Of a stretch of 64,000 bases of DNA, positions 25,301 to 37,029 are shown piece after piece. Numbering within the stretch: position 1 is the first letter of the stretch; each line of letters begins with the position of its first letter. The DNA comes from Yuukianura sp. NJ FZ-2021 (taxonomy: Eukaryota), in contig CM102283.1 in assembly GCA_046563655.1 (NCBI GenBank), forward strand, positions 868,001 through 932,000, read 5' to 3'. The notes beneath the pieces are model-generated. The model saw only the letters and a program-made list of their open reading frames with translations, was not told the origin of the DNA and ran no database searches. Made by a program: the position numbers and the translations under genes.

Positions 25301-28300
25301 CCCTTTTGCGGCACGTCACGACGTCGGTGTTGAGCCGTTACACAAGCTATTGTTCTGCTCGAATCTTAACATTAAGTATTCCAATGAATTTAGCAAGACG
25401 TTGCAGACCCGTCTGCTTCACGGCCAGGAGAAGCTTGTCAAAGACGAGAAGTTGTTGCATTGTAATTACTTTGTTGTAAACCATAATAGATGCCCTTTTT
25501 CAGCACGCCACGACGTCGGTGTTGAGCCGTTACACAAGCTATTGTTCTGCTCGAATCTTAACACTGAGTATTCCAATGAATTTAGCAAGACGTTGCAGAC
25601 ACGTCTGCTTCACGGCCATTAGAAGCTTGTCAAAGACGAGAAGTTGTTGCATTGTAATTACTTTGTTGTAAACCATAATAGATGCCCTTTTTCAGCACGC
25701 CACGACGTCGGTGTTGAGCCGTTACACAAGCTATTGTTCTGCTCGAATCTTAACACTGAGTATTCCAATGAATTTAGCAAGACGTTGCAGACACGTCTGC
25801 TTCACGGCCATTAGAAGCTTGTCAAAGACGAGAAGTTGTTGCTTTGTAATGCCTTTGTTGTAAAACATAATAGATGCCCGTTTTCAGCGCGTCACGACGT
25901 CGGTGTTGAGCCGGTGCGCAAACTATTGTACTGCTCGAATCTTAACACTCAGTATTCCAATGAATTTAGCAAGACTTTGCCGACACATCTGCTTCACGGC
26001 CAGGAGAAGATTGTCACAGACGAGATGTTGTTGCTTTGTAATGCCTTTGTTGTAAAACATAATAGATGCCCGTTTTCAGCACGTCACGACGTCGGTGTTG
26101 AGCCGTTGCGCAAACTATTGTACTGCTCGAATCTTAACACTCAGTATTCCAATGAATTTAGCAAGACGTTGCCGACACATCTGCTTCACGGCCAGGAGAA
26201 GATTGTCACAGACGAGATGTTGTTGCTTTGTAATGCCTTTGTTGTAAAACATAATAGATGCCCCTTTTCAGCACGTCACGACGTCGGTGTTGAGCCGTTA
26301 CACAAGCTATTGTTCTGCTCGAATCTTAACACTAAGTATTCCAATGAATTTAGCAAGGCGTTGCAGACCTGTCTGCTTCACGGCCAGAAGAAGCTTGTCA
26401 ACGACGAGAAGTTGTTGCTTTGTAATGCCTTTGTTGTAAACCATAATAGATGCCCTTTTTCAGCACGCCACGATGTCGGTGTTGAGCCGTTACACAAGCT
26501 ATTGTTCTGCTCGAATCTTAACACTGAGTATTCCAATGAATTTAGCAAGACGTTGCAGACACGTCAGCTTCACGGCCATTAGAAGCTTGTCAAAGACGAG
26601 AAGTTGTTGCATTGTAATTCCTTTGTTGTAAACCAAAATAGATGCCCTTTTTCAGCACGCCACGACGTCGGTGTTGAGCCGTTGCACAAGCTATTGTTCT
26701 GCTCGAATCTTAACATTAAGTATTCCAATGAATTTAGCAAGACGTTGCCGACACATCTGCTTCACGGCCAAATTCGGTACCAGTTCCACCTTAATATTAA
26801 GGGGGTGTCGGCTTACCCGGTGTACCAATTTATTGCCCTCAAAATATTATGCTACGAGCACACAAAAGACAAGTTGAAAGTCATTGTTGTTATTTCAACG
26901 CATAGCGGAAGCACTTATTTGCATATTGTGCACATATACAACAAAAAAACACAAGGTGCATAAAGTTGTTCTTGTTTCAAAATTCGGTACCAGTTCCACC
27001 TTAATATTAAGGGGGTGTCTGCTAACCCGGGGTACCAATTTTTTGTCCTCAAAATATAATGCTACGAGCACACAAAAGACAAGTTGAAAGTCATTGTTGT
27101 TATTTCAACGCATAGCGGAAGCACTTATTTGCATATTGTGCACATATACAACAAAAAAACGCAAGGTGCATAAAGTTGTTCTTGTTTCAAAATTCGGTAC
27201 CAGTTCCACCTTAATATTAAGGGGTGTCTGCTAACCCGGGGTACCAATTTTTTGTCCTCAAAATATAATGCTAAGAGCACACAAAAGACAAGTTGAAAGT
27301 CATTGTTGTTATTTCAACGCATAGCGGAAGCACTTATTTGCATATTGTGCACATATGCAACAAAAAAACACAAGGTGCATAAATTTGTTCTTGTTTCAAA
27401 ATTCGGTACCAGTTCCACCTTAATATTAAGGGGGTGTCTGCTAACCCGGGGTACCAATTTTTTGCCCTCAAAATATAATGCTACGAGCACACAAAAGACA
27501 AGTTGAAAGTCATTGTTGTTATTTCAACACATAGCGGAAGCACTTATTTGCATATTGTGCATATATACAACAAAAAAACACAAGGTGCATAAAGTTGTTC
27601 TTGTTTCAAAATTCGGTACCAGTTCCACATTAATATTAAGGGGTGTCTGCTAACCCGGGGTACCAATTTTTTGCCCTCAAAATATAATAAATTTTAGTCA
27701 AACATTAATGTATCACTAATGTGCTATACTCTTTAGGATTTTTCCCGTTGTATTACAAATATAGGCAAATTATTTGGCATTACATGAGAGTGTTATGCGG
27801 TCAGCTTCGTATGTGCTTGCATCTTCAGTAAGTTTGTGCCTTACGGATTTGGAAATTTTTTTACGCTCAAAAGAAAACTTACGCTGCTACCAATGACGCT
27901 CACTAACCATCGTTACTATTTTCAGGCAGATCAGTACAGAGGCCTAGACCTGCCTTCGTGACCGAAATCCTGTTGGTAAAAATTGTCGTGAACCTCAGTG
28001 AGAACGTGAACTCGACTCCTTGGCAGCTTGAACTGTACGCTACCGAAAGTTCACTGTAACATTAGTGAGTAGGAGTACGACAAGGCTAGCCTTCCCACAC
28101 ACAACTAAAGTCGTTAAAAGTGTACGGTATTGTAACTGCGGTTACTTTTCCTTCTAACTTTTTAAATTTTAGTCAAACACTAATGTATCACTAATGTGCT
28201 CTACTCTTTAGGATTTTTCCCGTTGTACTACAAATATAGGCAAATTATTTGGCATTACATGAGAGCGTTATGCGATCAGCTTCGTATGTGCTTGCATCTT

Positions 28301-31300
28301 CAGTAAGTTTGTGCCTTACGGGTTTGGAAATTTTTTACGCTCAAAAGAAAACTTACGCTGCTACCAAGGACGCTCACTAACCATCGTTACTATTTTCAGG
28401 CAGATCAGTACAGAGGCCTAGACCTGCCTTCGTGACCGAAATCCTGTTGGTAAAAATTGTCGTGAACCTCAGTGAGAACGTGAACTCGACTCCTTGGCAG
28501 CTTGAACTGTACGCTACCGAAAGTTCACTGTAACATTAGTTAGTAGGAGCACGACAAGGCTAGCCTTCCCACACACAACTAAAGTCGTTAAAAGTGTACG
28601 GTATTGTAACTGCGGTTACTTTTCCTTCTAACTTTTTAAATTTTAGTCAAACACTAATGTATCACTAAGGTGCTCTACTCTTTAGGATTTTTCCCGTTGT
28701 ACTACAAATATAGGCAAATTATTTGGCATTACATGAGAGCGTTATGCGGTCAGCTTCGTATGTGCTTGCATCTTCAGTAAGTTTGTGCCTTACGGGTTTG
28801 GAAATTTTTTACGCTCAAAAAAAAACTTACGCTGCTACCAGTGACGCTCACTAACCATCGTTACTATTTTCAGGCAGATCAGTACAGAGGCCTAGACCTG
28901 CCTTCGTGACCGAAATCCTGTTGGTAAATATTGTCGTGAACCTCAGTGAGAACGTGAACTCGACTCCTTGGCAGCTTGAACTGTACGCTACCGAAAGTTC
29001 ACTGTAACATTAGTGTGTAGGAGCACGACAAGGCTAGCCTTCCACACACAACTAAAGTCGTTGAAAGTGTACGGTATTGTAACTGCGGTTACTTTTCCTT
29101 CTAAATTTGTAAATTATAATCCTTCAGAATGTAAATTTGCACGCTGTCCTCATGCACTCTTTATATATTACACATTTAAGCCGGAGCTTGACCAGTCCGA
29201 TTAGTCCTGGACTAATTTAACAACGAGAAGAGAGGATACGTGTTATGTCACGCGCTCAAGAACTCGTTGTTATAATTTTGTTTTTGAGCGTCATTCAAAC
29301 CCAAAGTTCGCGTTAAGAGCGGAACTGTTCGGACACTGCAAAAGTGAACGCCCATTACGTTGTTAATGTTAAGACTTTGAGTGAAAAGTAGACCTAATAA
29401 AAACACTTCAGCCACACATAACCCCGCGTACAGAATGGAGCTTATGTTTCAGTGGAAAGGGTGCAAAACAAAACGGACGGACGGACAGATTCGTATCAAT
29501 AGTCTTCTTCAGCATGTCGTAGACATGCGTCTCCGGAAGACTAAAGATGAAGAAACTGTTTCTGAGATTTAAAAAATGTTTGTAAAAATACTTTGGTTTG
29601 CAAAAAATCTGTAGTGTTAAGAGCTTCCTGCTGCGACAGAAAGTAGTCGGAAGTGGATTTACAGTTGGGTTACATAGGTTAGATGACGGCGGAAGAAAGT
29701 GTGATGATGAATGACGAGGGAATGATGATGATTTCCTTATCAATTCACCCTTCACAAAACACATGATCCCCCAGAGCCGTCATCATCATCGTCATGACAA
29801 TTGGGCAAAAGAGAAAGTAAGAGAAAGCACAAACTCATCATCTCATCCCAAGGGCCCCTCTCCCCCACAACTTTCGGCGCAAATTTAAGGATGAGCAAAA
29901 GCTCAAGACATAAAAAGTGGGGGTGGGGTGAGATATGAAGAAAGGGGGAGGGAGGGGGCTGGGAAGCCAATTTCTTTAGTGCAAGACTCCAGGGGATCCA
30001 AAGTTGTTCATAAGAAGCTGAGCTAAAGAGATCTTTTGGCGGGGTCCAAAGTTAATGGTCGCGTTCCTTCTATGTCTCCAGTCTCCGTGTTTCTTTTAAA
30101 CATGTTTTTAGCGGGAATGCACAAAAGAGAGGGGAAACTTGGGGAAAAGCGAGAAAGCGTGGGAAAATGATAGCATGAAGCGGGGAAAATGGGGAAATGA
30201 GGAAAAGAGTGGAGAAGAGGAGAAAGGTCGGAAAATAAGCTAGAGAAGTGGGAAATAAGCGGGAAATTTGGTTTTCAGTTGAAGGAAATGATGACATTGG
30301 CCAAGGGGTATAGGAAAGTGAAGATAAATTACACGAACACTTCGCTCTTTGAGTAAGGTGAAAGGGAAAGGAACAAATCAGATTCTGAATTTCAATTGGA
30401 CGAGAGAAAGAAGAGCGCGCGGATTTAACCTTGTTGTTACGCGGCTCGAGCGAACAAAAAGAGGCGGAAAATTCAAAATGGTTTTCAGGTTATTGGCATT
30501 CTTGACTTTTTTTCAAAGTTTTCTCTGCCTTTTTTCCCGAGAGAAAGAAGAGAGGAAGTGTACGTGTGGTTACGTGGATGTGGTTCGTGGTTTTAAAAAG
30601 TTTTGTGTGTTGTGAACGGAGAAAAAGAAAGGTGGAAGAAAAACGCTAAGAGAAAGTTTGTTTTCCCGCTTTCGTTTTTCTTTAAAGAGTTTTGTTATTT
30701 CATTTTAATCCGCTTAAATTGAAACTCTTGAAAAAAATTTTGAAGGTAAAGTGAAAAAAAGGTCCAGGTTTCTGAGGAGTCTATTCTTTTCCGGTTTTTG
30801 TATTCTTTTAAAAGCTTTTTAGTTTTTTCTTTCTTTTTTGGTTTTTTTTTTAGTTTTTTCTTTTTTAAAAAAGAAAAGAAAGTCGGAGTATAAACCGGGC
30901 TCAGCGGAACCTCATTAAACATTCAGAAGCAGAACTCGACGCGACTACGGTGTTACGAATCCAGAATGCCCACGCAATAAGGATATTCGTGGCTTTTCCA
31001 ATATAACCTTCCTGCTGTCATTTTAAAATTGGTAAAGGTCGTGGACAAATATAACCAAAAATTGACAAAAGTGGTGCCCCCACGCTAGTATGGAAGAATT
31101 TGGCGGGTTTCGTGCTATCATTTTTTACAATTATTGTTTTGCAATTTTGTGCCCAGAAACCTCAATTTTCTTGCCACGCCACTATGGAAAACTTTCCAAT
31201 GAGGAATTATTTTAATACTTGACAAAAACGCACCCACGCCATTATCCAAGAATTTGAGGCGTTTTTTTTTGTGCCCAAGTCATTCTTGTCGTTCATTTTT

Positions 31301-32070
31301 TAAATTTGGAAATTTGTTTAGTGTTCATACGCAATGGTTTTACAGTAGTACACGTTTGTAGTTAGTTTTTGCAATGTGTCCATCAAAAGCTCTATTTCCC
31401 TGAACTTGAAATTTTTTAAGTTTAGAACACCATTACTTACAAAGGCGCGTTATTTTCTCACAGAAGAATTAGCACAATGCTTGCAAATGTTTTCTTTTCA
31501 TAAATTAATATTAATAATGAAAACCGCTTACATTTTCCTGTCAAACAAGATTAAAATTCAATTCTAATTTCTTCATTGAAACTTTTTCTTCTAACATTTC
31601 CTGGCGTTCTTTAGAAAATAAGTTTCAAAGGTGGAAGGTTTTGAACTGACGCCAAAAATCTTACCAAAGTTCAAGTTTGAAGAATTTGCAGGCAAGGGAT
31701 TTCGCGTCTGACAGCGTGTCAAAAAACGTCAAAAGTTGAGTGGTAACAGGCCGGTAATTAAGACAACTTGCGCCATAACATGCTAATTATGAGAACTTTC
31801 CTGGTAAGTTGAGATTTACTAATAGTTGTTCTGAGGTTTCATGATAAATTGAGTCTGTTCATGTCAGTTTGTTAAGAAAAGCGTTTCTATCAATTTCAAA
31901 AAAGTTTCGTGTTGTTTTTTGAAAATTTTCTATATTTTAAAAAATGACTTACGTATGTGCCTCAGACGACTCTGCTGCTCTGCTCTGATAAAGTAGATGA
32001 TTCCTATGGAAAGCAGGGAAGCCACGAGGAAGAGTCCCACGATTTGGGAAGGCGACTCGAACCGACTCAT
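13381..32070 (-). CDS. Orphan membrane protein, predicted two coding exons (32070-31953 and 14171-13381) separated by a ~17.8 kb intron
   Basis: Exon 1 encodes MSRFESPSQIVGLFLVASLLSIGIIYFIRAEQQSRLRHI plus 1 nt, then donor GTAAGT. Exon 2 follows TTTTAG and starts in the matching phase 1 (R-GADEGPPP...). It reads open to a C-terminal TM (VLVVIGITCSLNFAFVLVIWACV) and a stop at 13381. Confidence 0.6.
15342..16537. mobile_element. Non-autonomous TIR DNA transposon, possibly PIF/Harbinger-derived, with decayed ORF remnant
   Basis: 21-bp TIR aggtagggaagagcgtactgt / acagtacgcccttccctacct with 1 mismatch. Internal broken frame at ~15900-16060 (..NRWNKII../GVDGNEVRSRIRMLLSSFRQQDLRN) resembles a Myb/SANT-like domain. 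No clean TSD. Confidence 0.5.
18890..19512 (+). repeat. Degenerate minisatellite with core gtttc(a/t)gccggctac
   Basis: More than ten diverged copies, e.g. cagtttctgccggcca, cagtttcatccggcta, gagtttcagccggcta, aagtttcaaccggctg, gaggttctgccggtca. Confidence 0.55.
21623..21892. mobile_element. Foldback/MULE-type palindromic MITE
   Basis: Inverted arms gccatttcgtcgaatggattactgcgaaa / tttcgcagtaattcattcgacgaaatggc, internal ttcgaa subrepeats and an aggtt-rich centre. No TSD recognisable. Confidence 0.6.
24046..27687 (+). repeat. 210-bp tandem repeat array (~5.5 copies) with palindromic core, interrupted by the 192-bp array
   Basis: Marker aattcggtacc occurs at 24088, then 26771, 26981, 27191, 27400 and 27610. 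Confidence 0.95.
24282..26770 (+). repeat. 192-bp tandem repeat array, 13 copies
   Basis: Unit (ttgtca(c/a)agacgag...cacggccagga) repeats every 192 bp. The ORF track shows a 64-aa periodic translation. Confidence 0.97.
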
Positions 32071-32941
32071 CACTTTCACTCCCTTTCACTTTTGATTCCC
32101 AGCGGTTCAGAAGCCAATCCGTTTGATTTGAAGTTGTTGGCGGGCTGTTCAAACTGTTGGCGGGTTTTTCGGGACTCGGGTTGATGGATACGTTGGATTT
32201 GGGTGAGTGACAGGGTGATGGACTGCGCCAGAGTCCATTTGTGTCTGTTGCGAGCAAATGGAAATTGATGGCCTTGTGTCTTAGTCGATAGTTTCAATTA
32301 CTGCAGAAGGAGCTGGATTTGAGTGGAACTCATTCTATTCTAATGACGCTTGTGTCCAGAGTCTCATGAAAACAGTTGGGGATTAGGCCTGAGTCAACGG
32401 GAGATCCGAGAAGCCCATTAGCCCAAATGAAACAACTTACGAAACGGATTATTAACAAAAATTTAATCAACACTGTTTTTCAAAATCTTACTTTCAAGTA
32501 AAACTTCGAAGAAAAAACTTAGAAAGTAAATTCCCAGAAAAGGCCAGAACTGTAAATTTTAAAAGCGGAAATTCGAATTTTGTAAATTTATCCTCTTTTA
32601 GTAACTTTTTCAAAATGAGAATTTAATGCAAATGGAGCGTTTCAATGTTGCTAGTGGTTCAGTTGAAGAGTAGTACGCGACTGGAGTGAAAGTGGAGAAA
32701 GTGACTGAATAAAAGGACTGAAGGAGTGGGCGTACTTGGTTCAACTGCTTGCGGGGATCGATCCTTCAACGGACGACGCTAATAACCTTACAACAGAGCA
32801 TAAAACCAAAACAATCCTCAACAAAAGCGGTCAACCATAGAATTTTAAATAACGTTTTCAATTTTTTAGGGAATGACAAGCGACCAGAACTCCAATCTAA
32901 ATAGCGTTCTCTTTTGCAAATTTGGAAGAGTTTTATATTTC

Positions 32942-33041
32942 NNNNNNNNNNNNNNNNNNNNNNNNNNNNNNNNNNNNNNNNNNNNNNNNNNNNNNNNNNN
33001 NNNNNNNNNNNNNNNNNNNNNNNNNNNNNNNNNNNNNNNNN
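32942..33041. other. Assembly gap (100 N)
   Basis: Run of N. Confidence 1.
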
Positions 33042-33196
33042 TATTTCCCTTGAAGCTTCATTTGGTTTTTCAGCTTATCCAAGTGAAATAGAATAAAATA
33101 AAAGTAAGATCGAAAAATTGGAGTTTAGATTTTAGTAACTACTAAAAAATTAATACATGAATTATATTTAATATTATTCAAAAAAGAATCTCATTT

Positions 33197-33306
33197 ATTA
33201 AGTAGCGAAAACTTCGCTACTTTATGCGTCGTTCTTCTGTGTCTGTCTGTCCGGCCGGCCGTCTACATCAATTTCGCTACTTCTGTACACCGCACCGGGT
33301 TTTGTA
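33197..33306 (+). mobile_element. Miniature DINE-1/HINE-like (Helentron-derived) element
   Basis: 5' subTIR aagtagcgaaa folding back on ttcgctactt, a GTCY microsatellite (gtctgtctgtcc), a second tttcgctactt subTIR, then a short GC-rich tail and T-run. Confidence 0.6.
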
Positions 33307-33990
33307 TTGGATACTTTGAGACGCATTTTTACATTGGAAATTTCTAGACTCTGAAGTGTATTTTTTAATCCCATGAGAAAATGGTTGTACGTAATTTAAA
33401 ACGGGAGGAAATTGATGTTTTGAAATTTGAGGCATGTTTTGGATAATTGAGTTTTGAAATTTTTAATACCTATAATGAACTTAACTCAAAATTTCCGCTG
33501 TTGTGTAGTTTGTGAAGTAGTGGAGCAGAACGGTCGATTCTAAAACTAAATTACCCCTGGACAAATTGCGTGTCCTGCACGCGCTCTAAATTTTGTTCTA
33601 ACTTCTGTTTCCGGTCAGAATATTCCAATTTTAAAATTAAAGAACAAATTATTTTGGAGTTGAAACCTAAAACAACATTAATTTTTTTTATCCTTCCTGT
33701 TCCTTAAAAAAATTACAGTAACTACAGTTACTGCACAACTCTTAATAGCAAAAAATGGAAATACGACTTTCTGATTCTGTGTAGAACAAATATTTGGAAT
33801 TGTACATTTTAATATTACATCTGCATGACCTAGGTCACTAATATAAATTATATGTAATATTAGAGTATTAATATTAATATTATAACATTATGTGGTACTA
33901 TTCATTGCTAAATTACCAATTATACTAATAATGTTCACACATATAATTAATTCATTTTGCAAATAATTTATAGTTTTTTCTTGTTTGGTG

Positions 33991-36560
33991 CTAGTTAATG
34001 TAAGGGCAATTGAGCCATTTTTGTTTTGCGAATTGCGGCTGCGCAGATCTGCCATTTCCCTCTATGACACTGAATCCTTTCGTGTCCAACTCCCACACTT
34101 CGTTTCCTCTGAGCAGAATGACTTTTCCAGAAGGGGGTCCATTGGTTGGTATTGGTTCTGCTGCATCCAGACTGTCTGCAGACACTCCCCAGAGGTTGAT
34201 GGGCAGCGGGTAGATGGAGTGAACATGAGGACGACCTCTAGCGGCAGGGTCAAAGCGCCAATATTCTTTTCCTTTCGTGAAATAAATCTGTTCGTTGGCG
34301 GGAGACTCGAATGCTGAGTCTACGTGGTCTGGAATGCCAGGAAAATGCTTGGAAATGCTCTTGGGATAGCCCGAGTCAATGTGAAATCCACTTGAGCGCC
34401 AGTACTTCCCGCCCTACGTTGAGTTTCCAAAATTTTAGTATAATTTTTTAAACAGTTTTCTGAATTTTGTTTTTTTTTGAAATCTTGTTACCTTGAAGAA
34501 GTAGGATTTGCCATTGCGACGTGTCAGTGCAGCTTCGATGTTTGGTTCAAGGCCTTTGAAAACTTCGGTGATTGGTTTCGGCCAGCCATGAGCCAGGGAA
34601 CGCTTGTCTCCTTCCAATTTGAAGACTTGAGCCCCTTTGAATTCAAATTTTGAAATGATTTTTGATTTTGTAAAAAGTCAAATATTTTTGCTTCTTTTTT
34701 GTGATTTCGAAATTTTAGGTCTTTCACCTGCAAAAATGTAGAGGCTTCCTTGCATTGCCATCATTGCATCCACTTTGGCTTCTTTTTGACAAATGAGGTG
34801 CGCATACCCAGGTTGTTTTTGTGGAACGAAAAAGCGTGACCCATAGTCCACTCCCGGTTTCTTAGTTGGTAACGTCGGTTTTGGCGTCGGCAATGGCTTA
34901 AACGTCGTTCCAAGTTCAACTTTAGGAGGTGAATGTAAAACAGAATTTCCAGAACGTTTTCCATACAAGTGCTTGTAAAAGTCGACAAAAATGAGTTAAG
35001 ATTTCCGGATAATGAAAATTTGTCGGAAATTGAATTTAGACTGATTTTAAAATTTTGCATTGAAAAAGTTACTTGAACTCCTGCAATGTCATCGTGGTGC
35101 AGTGTGAGATGAGGTCTGTATCCACCGTAGAATGCTTGCATGATGGCTCCCTTTTGGTCTGAATGTGACAGGCCCAGAGAGTGCCCAATTTCATGAACAG
35201 CGACAAACAAAACGTTCGTGCCCTGCGCAGAATCCACTGTCCATTTTTCATGATCGTCAAAGTGGACATCACCTTGAAAGTTAAAAGAACATAAAAAGAA
35301 GACAAGAAAGGAAACTTTTTTTTCGTTGATTGTATTTATGGCTTTTAAATTGGGCTATAAAACTGTCGTGCTCCTAACCTCCCAATCCTGGGCCTGAAAT
35401 TTCAAAAAAAAAGACATGAAAATTTAAAGTTTACGAGTTTAATCTTTTGGCGGTTGTTCCACATTCATTATTAATTTGAATTTGGCAAATTGCTTTTTTG
35501 ACCAGCCGTAATTTACCTGGTGAAAACGCATGCGCAAGGGTTTTTCCAGGTCCGTCGAACGGAAAAGCATCGTGGTGTTTGGCCGAAGCGAATCCAAGTT
35601 CAATATCCACCTCCAAAATTTCAAATTTCGGAACACTTTCGTAATTTTATAAAAAGTGCAGGACGTGGAAGGTGTTACCTGTGCATCTTTACTGGGGATG
35701 AAGTTGAGGTTGGTGACTGATTCCCAGAGTTTGAATGCTTTGGCGACGTCTCTCTCGACCAATTCTGGTTTGACACTCATTTGGTCTGAAAACTTGGTAA
35801 TGCGGTAGGTCAGGTCACGCTTCTGCCACTTCCGTTTTGTTTCACTTATCTTGTAGCGTTTGCGCCGAATATAGTTTCCATCTACAGCCTTCCCATCGGG
35901 ATCAGGAATCATTTCCTCTTCCAAATCCAAGTTTCCGCATCCTTCGTTTAAATTATAAATATGAAATCGATTCTTAATGAAATTAATAAAAGAAATAATC
36001 AAATTTGGAATTTTCCTTATATTTACTCTGAAATTTCATATTAAATTTCAGACTGTTCAACTTATTCAACTTGCTTGCGCTTTCTCATGTTATTACGATA
36101 CTTGGCATCTCAAACATGTTAAACAATAATTTGCACGAACATGTTACTTCAGAAAATTAAAAACTACTTCATTTTGAAAATGTTGCACAGTACTTGGCAT
36201 GTTCATCATCTTCATCGTGTCTGCATCCAGAAGTCCAGTTTCATTGATTCCTGCCATGTGCTGAAACTCCTTCAGAACTTTTTCGGCGTCAACTAGGTTC
36301 ATGCTCGACGCAGTGTCTTTACCCATGTACCCAAAGCGAGCCAAGTAAGCCTAGTACAAATTGAATAAAATTGCATGGAATTCGCTTACTATAAGTTATC
36401 ATGATTTAATTTTTGACTAATTCTTAAATTATAAATTAATACAGATTAACATATTGATTTGAATAGATTTTGTCCGTACCATGGCGTCTCCTGTATCCTG
36501 TACTTCATATGCATAACCAGAAAAAATGGTTAACAGAAAAACTGAAATCCTACAGATCAT
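33991..36560 (-). CDS. Matrix metalloproteinase (matrixin, M10A) with hemopexin domain, multi-exon
   Basis: Signal peptide from ATG 36560, prodomain YLARFGY, cysteine switch PRCGNLD across an intron, furin site RRKR, HAFSPGPGLGGDVHFD, zinc motif [11 protein letters not shown], Met-turn AIMQAFY, hemopexin repeats (GWPKPI, GKSYFFKG, GYPKSI), ending WLNCPYIN*. Confidence 0.95.
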
Positions 36561-37029
36561 TTTAGATTTAATAAATAAAAACGTTTTTAACTTTTAAAAA
36601 TTCCGGTTAAGCTGGACTTTGAAAAAGTTAATCCATTGAATTTCCTCTTTTGCAAGTTTAATGAATGACACTCCCAAAAATGAACAATAAAAAAATCCAG
36701 AAACTGCTACCACTTCCGCCGGTTCCCAGAAATTGACATTGAACACGAACCAAAGACGCTGGTTCAACCAACTCAATTTCCCGTAAAAATACCACAACCA
36801 ACAAAACGTTTAAATTTCTAATTCTATGTTACTTATAAAAAGGTAATCTTATAAATTTTAAGTTATGTTATATATTTGAACTTAAGTAAATGCACAGTTT
36901 TAAGCTGTTGAAGGATTTCTCGTAAATGCTGTAATAAATGCTATTTTTTTAAACACTGTCAATTGCAACTTCGATCAATTTTGACCGTCTGACTGATGGA
37001 ATTCATATCAATCTAACAAAACTTCATTC

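Larger units (their letters stand above)
23227..29104 (+). repeat. 474-bp tandem repeat array (~4.7 copies), copy 2 interrupted by a 3.7 kb insertion
   Basis: Marker acgctgctac recurs at 23261, 23735, 27881, 28355 and 28829 (474-bp spacing). Copy 2 breaks at ~24015 and resumes at ~27688. Confidence 0.95.

Noticed and set aside
24201-26963. 473-, 248- and 119-aa ORFs as real genes
   Set aside because: They lie in a 192-bp (multiple of 3) satellite, start at non-ATG codons, and have recurring stops and no gene context. Kept only as a caveated finding.
23227-29104. CRISPR-like array
   Set aside because: The units are contiguous near-identical tandem repeats with no unique spacers, there are no cas genes, and the context is eukaryotic.
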